Source: Gemmatimonadota bacterium
Lineage (GTDB): Bacteria > Gemmatimonadota > Gemmatimonadetes > Gemmatimonadales > GWC2-71-9
Direction of reading: 5' to 3'
DNA: 64,000 nucleotides
Assembly: GCA_031375485.1 (NCBI GenBank)
Contig: JANMHX010000328.1
Location: 8-64,007, forward strand
Both the position numbers and the translations under genes were made by a program. This document shows positions 1 through 10,151 of the stretch, in pieces. Within the stretch, counting starts at the first letter, position 1. Each line of letters starts with the position of its first letter. Under the pieces are notes generated by a model. That model had not been told where the DNA came from. It searched no databases and worked only from the letters and a program-made list of their open reading frames with translations.

Positions 1-129
1 AGCTTCCCCGGCTTCGAGCGGAACCTCCAGACCGGCGGGCGGAACTACGACGAGAAGGTCCCAGTGGTGGCGGTGAACCGGATCCACCCGGGTTCCTTCT
101 TCACCTTCCCTGTCATCGATCCGAAGTAG
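1..129 (+). CDS. 3' end of an unidentified CDS (truncated by window edge)
   Basis: Frame 1 is open from nt 1 (...[17 protein letters not shown]) to TAG 127-129, followed by a strong hairpin. No family recognised. Confidence 0.35.
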   Translation, partial: SFPGFERNLQTGGRNYDEKVPVVAVNRIHPGSFFTFPVIDPK

Positions 130-139
130 GCCTGAAAAC

Positions 140-176
140 TCGAGCGCCAGTGGCCCCACGGGCCACTGGCGCTCGA
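140..176. terminator. Bidirectional hairpin terminator between convergent genes
   Basis: Perfect 17-bp inverted repeat TCGAGCGCCAGTGGCCC-cac-GGGCCACTGGCGCTCGA. It lies between the stop at 127-129 (+) and the stop at 200-202 (-). Confidence 0.6.
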
Positions 177-199
177 CTACCAATCGGCGGACCCGCGAT

Positions 200-2182
200 C
201 TACATCGCGGCCAGGTCCTTCACAGCGCCGGCCAGGAGCCGTACCTTGGCCGCATCGGACGAGCGGCTGGCGTCCGACCCCACCTGCGATGCCAATTGGC
301 TCAGCGCGGAGGAGCGGGCCGAGCCCGATGCCTTCTCCGCCGACGCCAAGGACTGGCGAATCGCCGAGATCCGGCTCCCCGACAATCCACCCGTCCGCTC
401 CAGCTGGTCGAGGTACGCCCGTGCCAACGGATAGCTCGCCGGCCACACGTGCTTGGGCTGACCTTGAGCGTTGAGGTACTCGAGCTTTACCGTCTTGGCG
501 GCGTCAATCTCATTCTGCGTCATTGCCGGGCTCGGCGTGAGCTCGAAGATGTCGAGTCCCCGGCCGATCTCGGAGCTCACCATGTACCCGTTGTACCAGT
601 ACACCGACCAGGAACCGGCGTTCCCCATCCGGGCCCCGTCGACCGGGCCGCGATCGAAGAACCCGATTTCCTTCGGATGCTTGGGATCGGACCAATCGAA
701 CACCGTGATCCCGCCTTGATAGAAGGCCTGGACCATCACATCCCGCCCGGGAATCGGGATCAGCGAACCATTGTGGGCAACACAGTTCTCGAGCGAGGTC
801 TGGGCCGCCGGCATCTTGTAGTAGCTCTGGAACACCATCCGGCCGTTCTCGATCGTGAAGATCGCGTCGGCACCCCATTCCTTCGGATCAGAGGCCCGGC
901 ACTTCGGCCCGCCGCCGCCGCCCCACTCGTCGCTGAACAGGATCTTGGTGCCGTCATTGTTGAACGTGGCCGAGTGCCAGTACGAGAAGTTGGTGTCGGA
1001 TACCGCGGCGATCCGCCGGGGGTTGGCCGGGTCTTTGATGTCGATCAACAGCCCGTAGCCCTCGCAGGCGCCGCCCGCGAATCCAAGGCTCGGTGCGAGC
1101 GTGATGTCGTGGCAGCTGGTGACGCCGGGGTGTTTGTGCCCGTCGTCCTCCCCACGGCCGATCATCTTGGCGATCATCGCGGGCAAGCCGGCCCGGAGTG
1201 CGGCGCTATCGGCCGAGTTGGCGGGGCCGGTGCCCTGGCGGGCCCGAACGACCGAATCGAGCAGCATCCTGGCGAAGCCCGCGGGAAGCACCTGCTCGCC
1301 CCCACCGAAGCTCACGATGAACTCGCCCCGGGCCCGCGCGGCCTGGACCGCGGCCAAGTCCTCCGGCGCGGCGCCGTGCGACTTGACGGCCTGGAGGTCG
1401 TTGAAGATCCGGGGCGAACTCACGACGGCCGCCGCTGAAGGATTCTTGAGCGGAACCTTGATGACCTCGATCCGGAACTCGGCCGTGTTCGGGTCATTCT
1501 TGTCGCGGACGCACCCGGGAAGTTCCAGGTCCGAGCGGCTGGGCGAGGAGCCCGAGATGTAGACGTAGACGTTTTCGGTGTCCTTGGGATCGACGAGCAC
1601 CGAGTGGGTGTGGGAGCCGCGGCAGGTCTGGACGTTGGCCACGTTCCGCGGGTTCCCGGGGTCGGTGATGTCGAAAATCCGGATCCCCTTGATCCGCTCT
1701 GTACTGACCGGGTCCTTGACGCCCTGGTCGCCGCAGTCGATCCGGCCGGTGTTGCCCTCGGCCGACACGAAGAGCAGGTTCTTGTAGGTCGACACGTCGC
1801 TCTGCGAGGCGGGACAGTATTTGCTGTACTTGAGGGAAACACTCGCCGGGTTGGAGATGTCCCATACCTGGTAGCCGTTGTAGTTGCCCTGGAACACCAG
1901 GTTGCCGCTGAAAGCCAGGTCCGAGTTGGTGCTGCCGACGAATTTGGCCGACGGCTTCGTGTTGGAGACCAGGCGCATGTTCCAGGCCGCCTCGCCCGCG
2001 TCATACTGACCGGCCTTGAGGCCGACCCGCGGATCGGGTGTCGGCGGCGTGATCGACAAGGCGGTCCTCGGCGTCGGCATCGAGCCGCCCGAGCTGCTGG
2101 TATTGGAGCACCCCGCCAGGGCCAGGAGGCCGAGGGCGAGCGGGGTAAGCGGACGGGCGAGACTCATGGAGCGGTTCCTCAT
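200..2182 (-). CDS. LVIVD-repeat beta-propeller lipoprotein
   Basis: Lipobox LLALAGCS in MSLARPLTPLALGLLALAGC. Repeated LVIVD-like strands are present (YQVWDISNP, IRIFDITDPGNP, LLIDIKDPANP, ITVFDWSDPKHP, LDIFEL). The upstream 270 aa of track ORF 200..3004 is Arg/Pro-rich junk overlapping the DUF305 gene. ATG 2182 overlaps the DUF305 stop as ATGA; ATG 2167 is an alternative start. Confidence 0.75.
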   Translation of the reverse strand: MRNRSMSLARPLTPLALGLLALAGCSNTSSSGGSMPTPRTALSITPPTPDPRVGLKAGQYDAGEAAWNMRLVSNTKPSAKFVGSTNSDLAFSGNLVFQGNYNGYQVWDISNPASVSLKYSKYCPASQSDVSTYKNLLFVSAEGNTGRIDCGDQGVKDPVSTERIKGIRIFDITDPGNPRNVANVQTCRGSHTHSVLVDPKDTENVYVYISGSSPSRSDLELPGCVRDKNDPNTAEFRIEVIKVPLKNPSAAAVVSSPRIFNDLQAVKSHGAAPEDLAAVQAARARGEFIVSFGGGEQVLPAGFARMLLDSVVRARQGTGPANSADSAALRAGLPAMIAKMIGRGEDDGHKHPGVTSCHDITLAPSLGFAGGACEGYGLLIDIKDPANPRRIAAVSDTNFSYWHSATFNNDGTKILFSDEWGGGGGPKCRASDPKEWGADAIFTIENGRMVFQSYYKMPAAQTSLENCVAHNGSLIPIPGRDVMVQAFYQGGITVFDWSDPKHPKEIGFFDRGPVDGARMGNAGSWSVYWYNGYMVSSEIGRGLDIFELTPSPAMTQNEIDAAKTVKLEYLNAQGQPKHVWPASYPLARAYLDQLERTGGLSGSRISAIRQSLASAEKASGSARSSALSQLASQVGSDASRSSDAAKVRLLAGAVKDLAAM

Positions 2183-2871
2183 TTGGAGTTTCGTTCTACG
2201 ATGATCGAGAACAGCAGCTTTTCCATCCGGGCAATTTCGGTCGTTTGGTCGATGTTGACGTCGGCGGCAAACTTGAACACCAACTGGTCCTGTCCGGCGC
2301 CGTAGGTGTCGAACAACTCCTTCACCATGGCGGTGGCGCCGTTGTGGTGCTGGATCATGAACTTCAGAAAGAGTTCGTCGAACCCGGGGCCCCGGGCGGC
2401 GGTGAGCTGGCTCATCTGCTCGGGGGTGAGCATTCCGGGCATCAACATGTCGTGTTCGACGCCGTTCATCATCATCCGCATGCCGGCCGGGTTGGGTTCC
2501 GGCACCGGCTGGCGCCGATCGCGGAGCCAGTTCTGCATCAGGGCGATTTCGTCCTGTTGGGCGTTGATGACCCGGCCGGCGAGCGTCACGACGGCGGGGC
2601 GGGCCCCGTTGGTCTTGGCCAAGCGAGCCATCGTAATGGCCTGGGCGTGGTGGCTGATCATGCCCGACATGAACCGGATGTCGGCTTCGGTATAGGCGTA
2701 GCGGGCGCTGTCGGCCTGGGCCTTGGCGATTCCGCGTTCGAGGCCGGCGGCCGCCTCGGCGCTCGAGATCGGCGCCGGGGTGGTGGTGGGGGCCGGTTGG
2801 CCGGTGCAGCCCGCGGCCGCGGCGCCGAGTACGGCCACCGCGGCCCACTGGCTGAAGATGCTCTGGGTCAC
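2179..2871 (-). CDS. DUF305 family (four-helix-bundle, metal-binding type) lipoprotein
   Basis: Duplicated MISHHAQAI / MIQHHNGA motifs typical of DUF305. GTG 2871 is preceded by AGGAG and gives a lipoprotein signal (VTQSIFSQWAAVAVLGAAAAGC). The track start 2937 is a TTG. Confidence 0.7.
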   Translation of the reverse strand: MTQSIFSQWAAVAVLGAAAAGCTGQPAPTTTPAPISSAEAAAGLERGIAKAQADSARYAYTEADIRFMSGMISHHAQAITMARLAKTNGARPAVVTLAGRVINAQQDEIALMQNWLRDRRQPVPEPNPAGMRMMMNGVEHDMLMPGMLTPEQMSQLTAARGPGFDELFLKFMIQHHNGATAMVKELFDTYGAGQDQLVFKFAADVNIDQTTEIARMEKLLFSIIVERNSK

Positions 2872-3052
2872 GCGACGATCTCCTTGAGCCTCCCTGGTCG
2901 GCAGGCTGTCTCTCAATAATACACGCTTGGGGGCCAATCGGATTCAAGACCACGAGCTGCCGCCCGGCGCGGGGACCTACGGCGGGCGACGGAAAAGGTT
3001 GCAACTCTTGGGGTCGGTCACGGAACCTCGACCGGTCTCGAAGGTCCCCCGG

Positions 3053-4216
3053 TCACCCCGAGGTGGACACCCGGGTCCATCGGGCATTTCTCGCGGATGA
3101 CTTGACGCAGGCCTCAATGAACGCCATGCCCGCCATCCCGTCGGCGATTCCCGGGAACTCGACTCCCGGATCCGGCTTCCGCCTGGCTCGCTTGGCCTGG
3201 ATCGCCCGAGCGACCTCTGCATAGAGGTTGGCGAATCCCTCGAGATAACCCTCCGGGTGTCCAGACGGCACCCGGGTGACTCGCCCCGCGGCCGGATTCG
3301 CGCCGGCCCCCCCGCGAGTGATGAGCCGCTTGGGTTGGCCGAACGCCGTGAACCACAGATAGTTCGGATCCTCTTGGGCCCACTCGAGCCCGCCCCGGGT
3401 GCCGTAGACCCGAATCGTGAGGCCGTTCTCGTTGCCGGGCGCGACTTGACTCGCCCAGATCATGCCGCGGGCCCCGCCTTTGAAACGCAGCATCGCATGG
3501 ACGTTGTCGTCGACGCGGCGGCCCGGCACGAAGCGGGTGAGGTCGGCCGCCAGTTCCTCGAGCGTGAGGCCCGAGATGTAGCAGGCCAGTTGATACGTGT
3601 GGGTCCCGATGTCGCCGACGCAGCCGCCGACGCCGGTCTTCGCGGGGTCGGTGCGCCAGGCGGCTTGTTTCTGGCCGGTCCGTTCCAGCGGCGGCGTCAG
3701 CCAGTCCTGAGGGTATTCGCCCTCGACCAGCCGGATGGTGCCCAACTCGCCGGCCTGGACCATGGCCCGGGCCTGCCGGACCATCGGATAACCCGAGTAG
3801 TTGTGGGTCAGCGCGAAGATCACGTCCCTCCGCTTGCCTAACAGGGTCGCGAGGGCCCGGGCCTCCTTCATGTCGAGCGTCATCGGCTTGTCGCAGATCA
3901 CGTGGATCCCCGCATCGATGAAGGCTTTCGCGGCCGGGAAATGGAGATGATTCGGGGTGACGATCGACACCGCCTCGATCCCATCCGGCCGGCCGGCCTC
4001 CGCGTTGGCCATCGCGCGGAAGTCAGTGTAAATCCGGTCGGAGGCAAGGCCCAACTCCCGGCCTGAGGCCCGGGCCCGCTTGGGGTCCGACGACAACGCG
4101 CCCGCCACGAACTCATAGTGATCGTCCATCCGCGCGGCGATCCGGTGGACGGCGCCGATGAACGCGCCCTGGCCGCCGCCCACCATGCCTAACCGGATCC
4201 GTCCTTGGGTTGCCAT
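3053..4216 (-). CDS. Gfo/Idh/MocA family NAD(P)-dependent oxidoreductase
   Basis: N-terminal Rossmann motif RLGMVGGGQGAFIGAVH, then ICDKPM and the family-typical C-terminal alpha/beta domain. ATG 4216 has a GGAG Shine-Dalgarno (SD) sequence; the track start 4231 is a GTG. Confidence 0.8.
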   Translation of the reverse strand: MATQGRIRLGMVGGGQGAFIGAVHRIAARMDDHYEFVAGALSSDPKRARASGRELGLASDRIYTDFRAMANAEAGRPDGIEAVSIVTPNHLHFPAAKAFIDAGIHVICDKPMTLDMKEARALATLLGKRRDVIFALTHNYSGYPMVRQARAMVQAGELGTIRLVEGEYPQDWLTPPLERTGQKQAAWRTDPAKTGVGGCVGDIGTHTYQLACYISGLTLEELAADLTRFVPGRRVDDNVHAMLRFKGGARGMIWASQVAPGNENGLTIRVYGTRGGLEWAQEDPNYLWFTAFGQPKRLITRGGAGANPAAGRVTRVPSGHPEGYLEGFANLYAEVARAIQAKRARRKPDPGVEFPGIADGMAGMAFIEACVKSSARNARWTRVSTSG

Positions 4217-4227
4217 GAAATTCTCCG

Positions 4228-5283
4228 TCACAGGCCGAGGAGCCGGTTGATCTGGGCCTGATCGGTCTTCCCGCCGGCAAAATCGTCGAAGGCCTTCTCA
4301 GTGACCCGGATGATGTGATTGGCGATGAACGGCGCGCCTTCCGCGGCGCCTTGCTCGGGATGTTTGAGGCAGCACTCCCATTCCAGCACCGCCCAGGAGG
4401 AGTAGTTGTGAGCGGCCAGCTTCGAGAAGACGGCGGCGAAATCCACTTGCCCGTCGCCGAGTGAGCGGAACCGGCCCGCCCGGTTGATCCACGGTTGGTA
4501 CCCCGAGTACACCCCTTGGCGGCCGGTCGGATTGAGCTCCGCATCCTTGACGTGGAAGGCGCAGATCCGCTCGTGATAGAGGTCGATGAAGTCGAGATAG
4601 TCGAGGTGCATCAGTACGAAGTGCGAGGGATCGTAGTTGATCCGGCAGCGGGTGTGGCCGCCGAGCGCCTCGAGGAACATCTCGAACGTGGCGCCGTCGA
4701 AGACGTCTTCGCCGGGGTGGATCTCATAGCCGAGATCGACCCCGACGTCGTCATAGGCGTCGAGAATCGGCCGCCACCGCCGGGCCAGTTCGGCGAACGC
4801 GGTTTCGATCAGCCCCGCGGGACGCTGCGGCCACGGATAGACGTAGGGCCAGGCCAGGGCGCCCGTAAAGCTGACGCTCGCGTTGAGGCCCAAGTTCCTC
4901 GAGGCCTTGGCGGCGAGCCGCATCTGGCGGACGGCCCAGGCCTGACGCTCCTTCGGCTTTCCGTGCACGGCGGCGGGCGCGAAGGCATCGAAGGCGGCAT
5001 CGTAGGCCGGATTGACCGCGACGAGCTGCCCTTGCAAGTGGGTCGACAACTCGGTGATCTCGACCCCATTGGCCTTCGCAACGCCCGCGAGTTCGTCGCA
5101 ATAGGTCTTCGAGGTCGCCGCCTGCTCGAGGTCGAAGAGCCGCGCGTCCCAGGTCGGGATCTGGACCCCTCGATACCCGAGCGACGCCGCCCACCGGGTG
5201 ATCGCGTCCCACGAATTGAAGGGCGCCAGATCGCCCGCGAATTGGGCCAAGAAGACGGCGGGTCCCTTGATGTTGGTTGGCAT
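4228..5283 (-). CDS. Sugar phosphate isomerase/epimerase (xylose isomerase-like TIM barrel) family protein
   Basis: 351 aa with a family-typical layout (…GYRGVQIP…, YEIHPGEDV, INYDPSHF). AGGAG SD before ATG 5283. Confidence 0.7.
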   Translation of the reverse strand: MPTNIKGPAVFLAQFAGDLAPFNSWDAITRWAASLGYRGVQIPTWDARLFDLEQAATSKTYCDELAGVAKANGVEITELSTHLQGQLVAVNPAYDAAFDAFAPAAVHGKPKERQAWAVRQMRLAAKASRNLGLNASVSFTGALAWPYVYPWPQRPAGLIETAFAELARRWRPILDAYDDVGVDLGYEIHPGEDVFDGATFEMFLEALGGHTRCRINYDPSHFVLMHLDYLDFIDLYHERICAFHVKDAELNPTGRQGVYSGYQPWINRAGRFRSLGDGQVDFAAVFSKLAAHNYSSWAVLEWECCLKHPEQGAAEGAPFIANHIIRVTEKAFDDFAGGKTDQAQINRLLGL

Positions 5284-5294
5284 GGGATGATCTC

Positions 5295-6602
5295 CTAGAG
5301 GTAGGTATTGAGCAGAGTCTCGAGATACTCCTGCCGTCCCGACCGCGGTTCGGGCTCGATTCCCGCCCGGTGAACCCGCTCCGCGATGGCGCCGAGACTT
5401 TCCTTGCCGGCGAGCATCGCCTGGTTCTCGGGTGCGTTCCAGGCCGCGTAACGGGCCTCGACCGCACCGGCCACCCGGCCGTCCTCGATCATCCGGGCCG
5501 CCATCAGGAGGCCCCGGGCGCAGGCGTCCATCGAGCCGACATGGGCGTGCAACAGGTCGTCGGGGTCGATCGACTGGCGCCGGATCTTGGCGTCGAAGTT
5601 CATGCCGCCGGTGGTGAAGCCGCCGGCTTTGAGGATCTGGTACTGGGCCAGCGCCATCTCGGGGATGTTCATGGCAAACTGATCGGTGTCCCAGCCGGAT
5701 TGATAATCACCCCGGTTGATGTCGATCGAGCCGAAGACGCCTAACGCCGAAGCCAGCGCGATCTCGTGCTCGAAGGTGTGCCCCGCCAAGATCGCGTGGT
5801 TCTGCTCGATGTTGATCTTGACCTCGCTCTCGAGACCCAACGATGCGATCGTGGCGGCAACGGTGGCCACGTCGTAGTCGTATTGGTGCTTGGCCGGCTC
5901 CCTTGGCTTGGGTTCGATCAGGATCGGGCCCTTGAAGCCGATCTTGTGTTTGTAGTCGACCACCAGGGAGAGGAACCGCCGGGCCTGCTCGAGTGCGCGG
6001 CGGAGGTCGGTATTGAGCAGCGTCTCGTAGCCTTCGCGGCCGCCCCACATCACATAGTTCTCCCCACCGAGGCGCTTGGTCACATCGAGGCAGTGCTTGA
6101 CCTGGGCTGCGCAGTAGGCGAACACCTCCGGATCGGGATTGGTGGCGGCCCCCGCCATGAAACGGCGATGGGTGAACAGGTTGGCCGTGCCCCAGAGGAG
6201 CTTGACGCCGGTCTCCGCCATCCTGGCTTCCAGGTGGTCGGCCATGGCCGACACATTGGCGTTGAATTCCTTGAGGGTCCGCCCCTCGGGGGCGATGTCG
6301 AGATCGTGGAAGGTGAAGTACGGGACGCCGAGGAGCTTGAGCGTCTCGAACATCAGATCGGCCTTGACGCGGGCTGCAGTCATCGGATCGCCCTGGTGCC
6401 AGGGGCGCAAGAACGTTTCCCCGCCGAAGGGATCAAGGCCCGGCCAGCAGAGGGTGTGCCAGTAGCACACGGCAAATCGGAGATGCTCCGCCATGGTTTT
6501 GCCGAGGACCACTTGGGTGGGATCATACCACCGGAACGCGAGTGGCTTGGTCGAGGTCGGGCCCTCGTACCGGATCGGGTCGTGGATCGAGTAGAAGGTC
6601 AT
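5295..6602 (-). CDS. xylA: Xylose isomerase
   Basis: 435 aa. Characteristic N-terminus ([19 protein letters not shown]) and the FHDxD, WGGREG, EPKPxEP and FDAK motifs. Confidence 0.93.
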   Translation of the reverse strand: MTFYSIHDPIRYEGPTSTKPLAFRWYDPTQVVLGKTMAEHLRFAVCYWHTLCWPGLDPFGGETFLRPWHQGDPMTAARVKADLMFETLKLLGVPYFTFHDLDIAPEGRTLKEFNANVSAMADHLEARMAETGVKLLWGTANLFTHRRFMAGAATNPDPEVFAYCAAQVKHCLDVTKRLGGENYVMWGGREGYETLLNTDLRRALEQARRFLSLVVDYKHKIGFKGPILIEPKPREPAKHQYDYDVATVAATIASLGLESEVKINIEQNHAILAGHTFEHEIALASALGVFGSIDINRGDYQSGWDTDQFAMNIPEMALAQYQILKAGGFTTGGMNFDAKIRRQSIDPDDLLHAHVGSMDACARGLLMAARMIEDGRVAGAVEARYAAWNAPENQAMLAGKESLGAIAERVHRAGIEPEPRSGRQEYLETLLNTYL

Positions 6603-8059
6603 GACCGGTGGATCTCCTTGATGGCCGGATACAGCTGGGTGTACCGCCGGTACTGCGCCTCGTACGCCTCGCGTACTCTCGCGTCGGGTTCGATCGTCCG
6701 GACGGTACGGGGCGGGGTACAGACGTCCCGGAAGGAAGCCCCGGTTGCCGCAATCAGGCCGAGCCGGGCCGCACCGAAGGCCCCGCCGAAATCCCCGGCG
6801 GCGGGGAGGTCGATTGGAACCCCGAGCACGGTGGCAATGATCGTGAGCCAGAGCGTCGAGCCCGACCCCCCGCCGACGGCGGTGACCCGCTCGACCACGG
6901 TGCCGGCGGCCTTGAGGGCCTCGAGACTGTCCCGAAGGGCAAAAGCCACCCCGTCGAGCACCGCGTGAGTGAGAGTCTTCCGGTCGGCTTCAAGGCCCAG
7001 GCCGGTGAACCCGCCGCGCACTTGGGCGTCCGCCACCGGAGTCCGCTCACCCGAGAGGTAGGGCAGGAACAGCGCCGGTGAGGGGCCGGCCAGGGTGCCG
7101 CCGAGCGCGGCGGCGAGCTTGGGCGCCGGGGTCTTGAGAATGCCGGCCAGCCATTCGAGGCTGGCCGCGGCCGACAAGATGACGCCCATTTGGTGCCAGG
7201 TGCCCGGCACCGCGTGACAAAAGGCATGAACCGCGCGCTCGGCGTTAGGCCGGAACCGGTCGTTCGACACGAACAAGACGCCGGACGTTCCGATCGAGAG
7301 GAAGGCCGACCCCGGACTGACCGCGCCAATCCCGCAGGCGGAGGCGGCATTGTCACCACCCCCGGCCGCGACCACCGGCCGAAGCGGCATCCCCCAGTGC
7401 CTCGCCACGGCGGCGGTGAGCCGGCCGGTGGGTTCGGTGCCTTCATACAGGCTCGGCATCTGGTCCAGCCGCATCTCCGAGGCCGCGAGGAGTTCATCGG
7501 ACCAGACCCGCCGGCCGACGTCGAGCCAGAAGGTCCCGGCCGAGTCCGACATATCGGAGGCGTAGTCGCCGGTCATCCGGAGGCGGACGTAATCCTTGGG
7601 GAGGAGGACTTTCGCGACCCGATCGAAGATCCCGCGCTCGTGCTTCCGGACCCAGATCAGCTTGGGGGCGGTAAATCCGGCGAGTGCCAGGTTCCCGGCG
7701 ATGGCTCGGGCTCTCGGTTCCCGCGCTTCGAGCTCGCGGCATTCGGCAAACGAGCGGGCGTCGTTCCAGAGGATGGCGGGTCGGAGGACTCGGCCGGCCC
7801 GGTCGAGGAGGGTGGCGCCGTGCTGCTGACCCGAGAGGCCGATGCCTGCCACCGCGGCCACCGCTTTCGGCTGTTTCCGCGCCAACTCTCTGACGACCTG
7901 GTTGGCGGCCTTCCACCAATGGTCCGGGGTCTGTTCCGACCAGCCGGGGGCCGGGCGCGCCACCCGGAGTGGCGCGGTCGCGGCCAGGAGGATTTTCTGG
8001 CTGGGGTCGATCAGCACGCCTTTGACCGACGAGGTGCCGATATCGAGACCGAGAAACAT
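6599..8059 (-). CDS. xylB: Xylulokinase (FGGY carbohydrate kinase)
   Basis: [19 protein letters not shown]-terminus, GLSGQQHG and the FGGY C-terminal domain. ATGA overlap with xylA. The start is ATG 8059, or 8074/8071 if the protein begins MMTVPM. Confidence 0.88.
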   Translation of the reverse strand: MFLGLDIGTSSVKGVLIDPSQKILLAATAPLRVARPAPGWSEQTPDHWWKAANQVVRELARKQPKAVAAVAGIGLSGQQHGATLLDRAGRVLRPAILWNDARSFAECRELEAREPRARAIAGNLALAGFTAPKLIWVRKHERGIFDRVAKVLLPKDYVRLRMTGDYASDMSDSAGTFWLDVGRRVWSDELLAASEMRLDQMPSLYEGTEPTGRLTAAVARHWGMPLRPVVAAGGGDNAASACGIGAVSPGSAFLSIGTSGVLFVSNDRFRPNAERAVHAFCHAVPGTWHQMGVILSAAASLEWLAGILKTPAPKLAAALGGTLAGPSPALFLPYLSGERTPVADAQVRGGFTGLGLEADRKTLTHAVLDGVAFALRDSLEALKAAGTVVERVTAVGGGSGSTLWLTIIATVLGVPIDLPAAGDFGGAFGAARLGLIAATGASFRDVCTPPRTVRTIEPDARVREAYEAQYRRYTQLYPAIKEIHRS

Positions 8060-8197
8060 GGGGACCGTCATCATCGGGGTCGGGGAAGGTAAGATCGGCC
8101 GCCGAGCGGGGATATGCCAGGGTGGCTCGACAGCGCCGCTGTGAGCGAGACGTTGCCGCTGGCCCGAGTTGGGCAACTCTGGCGGGGGGCTTGGGTA

Positions 8198-8214
8198 GCG
8201 GGTACACTACCCGC
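8198..8214. promoter_or_regulatory. 17-bp inverted repeat (candidate operator) with embedded TACACT -10-like hexamer
   Basis: GCGGGTA-cac-TACCCGC lies in the divergent xylB / DUF1080 intergenic region. TACACT (8203-8208) sits 6 nt before ATG 8215. Confidence 0.4.
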
Positions 8215-8237
8215 ATGATCCTCCGCCGCGCGGCTCG

Positions 8238-10142
8238 ATGAGCCTCATCCTTCGGCCACTGACAGCTCCATTGGCCGCGTTCGTCGCGGCAACCGGTAGT
8301 GCGCAAGCACCCACCGCGAGCCGGGCGCTTCCGCCCCAGTCCGTGTCGCTCACCACCTTGAGCGCGTTCCGGCCGACCACCGCCAATTGGAAAATCGTCG
8401 GCGCCGCGACCGCCGACCGAAGCCTCCCTCTCACGATGGCCGAGACGCCAGGGGCCGGAGTCCTGGTGAACACGCCCGTCCCGGGAGCCAGGGGCAACCT
8501 CTTCACGACCTGGCAGCACGGGGACCTCGATCTCTCGCTCGACGTCATGATGCCCAAAGAATCGAACTCGGGCGTTTATCTCATGGGGCGCTACGAGGTC
8601 CAACTGCTCGACAGTTGGGGAGTGAAGGCGCCCACCTTCGCCGACCTGGGCGGGATCTATCAGCGCTGGGACGACGGGCGCGGAGTGGGCCGGGAAGGCT
8701 TCGAGGGAACCCCACCCCGTCAGAATGCGAGTCGGGCGCCGGGGCTCTGGCAACATCTGGAGATTTCATTCCGCGCCCCGACCTTTGCCGGGAACCGAAA
8801 GCTGACCAATGCCCGGTTTCTGGTCGTGAGGCTGAACGGCGTGGTGGTGCAGGAGAACGTCGACGTGACCGGCCCGACCCGCGCCGCGCCTTTCCTCGAT
8901 GAGGTCTCTGCCGGGCCCCTCATGATCCAGGGCGATCACGGTCCAGTGGCCGTGCGGAATATCCAGTACAAGTCGTATGCGGCGTCGGTCAGGCTCGCCG
9001 GGCTCACCTACCGGGCCTTTGAAGGGCAGTCGATGAACTTCGGGTTCGCCGCCACCCGCCGGCCCGTGAGTGAAGGCAATGCGATCGCGATTTCCTTGGA
9101 TCCCGCCCGTGGCATGGACACGTTCGCCGTCTCCTACGACGGCACCCTGCACGCGCCAACGGCGGGACGCTATCGCTTCGAGCTCGGTCTCGACTGGATC
9201 GGCGACGATCCGGAGACCCGAGGCCCGAATGTCGGCGGTGGCACGCTCACGATCGACGGCAAGCCGGTCTTGGTGCACGCCGGCACCGAACCCCATCGGG
9301 ACGGCGACGTGGAACTGGGTGCCGGGCCCCATCCCTTCCAGGTGACTTTCTACAAGAACCGGCCAGAGTTCAACGGGCGGACCGTTGAACTCTGGGTCGA
9401 GGGACCGGAAGTGGCGAGGCAAGCCCTTCACGCCGTGACCGTCTCGAACTCCATGAGACCCCCGCCCGGTCCGATCATTGTGGAGCCGGCGCTCGATCCG
9501 GTGGTGCTCCGAAGCTTCCTGTTTCATCGCGGCACCAAACGCGTCACCGCCGTTTCCGTAGCCGATCCCCTTGGCGTCCATTTCAGCTACGATCTCGCCC
9601 AAGGGGCGCTGCTGTTCGCGTGGCGGGGACCCTTCCTCGAGACGACCCAAATGTGGCATTCGCGCGGCGACGATCAGACCGCCGAGCCCCTCGGGAGCAC
9701 CCTGACCTTGCCGGGGACGCCGGCACTCGCGTTCCTCGCAGACGCCAATGCCGCGTGGCCGGATTCGGCCGATGAGAAATTGTTTCGGCGGGACGGATAC
9801 CAGGTCGACTCGACCGGGCGCCCGACCTTCCTCTATCACATCGGTGACGTGTCGGTGGAGGACGGCATTCGTCCGACCCCCGAGGGCCTCACCCTCCGGC
9901 GTGAGTTGCACCTGCGTGCGTCCACCGCACCCGCCGGGCTCTATCTCCAGATTGCCGAAGACGTCCGGATCAGTCGGCAGTCCGACGGGTCCTATGTCGT
10001 TGGCGACCGGGCGTTTTACGTCACGCTGCCCGCCGGCGGCGAACCGCCCGTGATCCGGCAGCACCGCGGTCGCGAAGAACTGCTCCTCCCGGTGCGCTTC
10101 GAGCGCGGCGAGGCCACGGTTGGGTACACCATTGTTTGGTAG
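8238..10142 (+). CDS. Secreted DUF1080 (3-keto-disaccharide hydrolase-like) + PA14-like domain protein with an uncharacterised C-terminal domain
   Basis: Signal peptide MSLILRPL…GSAQA. DUF1080-type jelly-roll motifs (SNSGVYLMGRYEVQLLDS, GPLMIQGDHGPVAVRNIQYK). PA14-like block (LTYRAFEG…GRYRFELG…HPFQVTFY). Confidence 0.7.
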   Translation: MSLILRPLTAPLAAFVAATGSAQAPTASRALPPQSVSLTTLSAFRPTTANWKIVGAATADRSLPLTMAETPGAGVLVNTPVPGARGNLFTTWQHGDLDLSLDVMMPKESNSGVYLMGRYEVQLLDSWGVKAPTFADLGGIYQRWDDGRGVGREGFEGTPPRQNASRAPGLWQHLEISFRAPTFAGNRKLTNARFLVVRLNGVVVQENVDVTGPTRAAPFLDEVSAGPLMIQGDHGPVAVRNIQYKSYAASVRLAGLTYRAFEGQSMNFGFAATRRPVSEGNAIAISLDPARGMDTFAVSYDGTLHAPTAGRYRFELGLDWIGDDPETRGPNVGGGTLTIDGKPVLVHAGTEPHRDGDVELGAGPHPFQVTFYKNRPEFNGRTVELWVEGPEVARQALHAVTVSNSMRPPPGPIIVEPALDPVVLRSFLFHRGTKRVTAVSVADPLGVHFSYDLAQGALLFAWRGPFLETTQMWHSRGDDQTAEPLGSTLTLPGTPALAFLADANAAWPDSADEKLFRRDGYQVDSTGRPTFLYHIGDVSVEDGIRPTPEGLTLRRELHLRASTAPAGLYLQIAEDVRISRQSDGSYVVGDRAFYVTLPAGGEPPVIRQHRGREELLLPVRFERGEATVGYTIVW

Positions 10143-10151
10143 CGGGATTCT

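Noticed and set aside
2183-3004. N-terminal 270-aa extension of track ORF 200..3004. Similar long extensions exist for 24907..26454, 37008..38255, 49195..50532, 56820..60317, 19826..21568 and 59911..60933.
   Set aside because: The extensions are Arg/Pro/Gly-rich low-complexity translations that overlap well-supported genes in other frames. Internal starts give signal peptides, canonical family N-termini, SDs or ATGA couplings. This is the usual long-ORF artefact of high-GC DNA.
8135-8161. Direct repeat GCCGCTG-N13-GCCGCTG in the xylB / DUF1080 intergenic region.
   Set aside because: A GC-rich 7-mer occurring twice is plausible by chance at this base composition, and it has no dyad symmetry or phasing with promoter elements.
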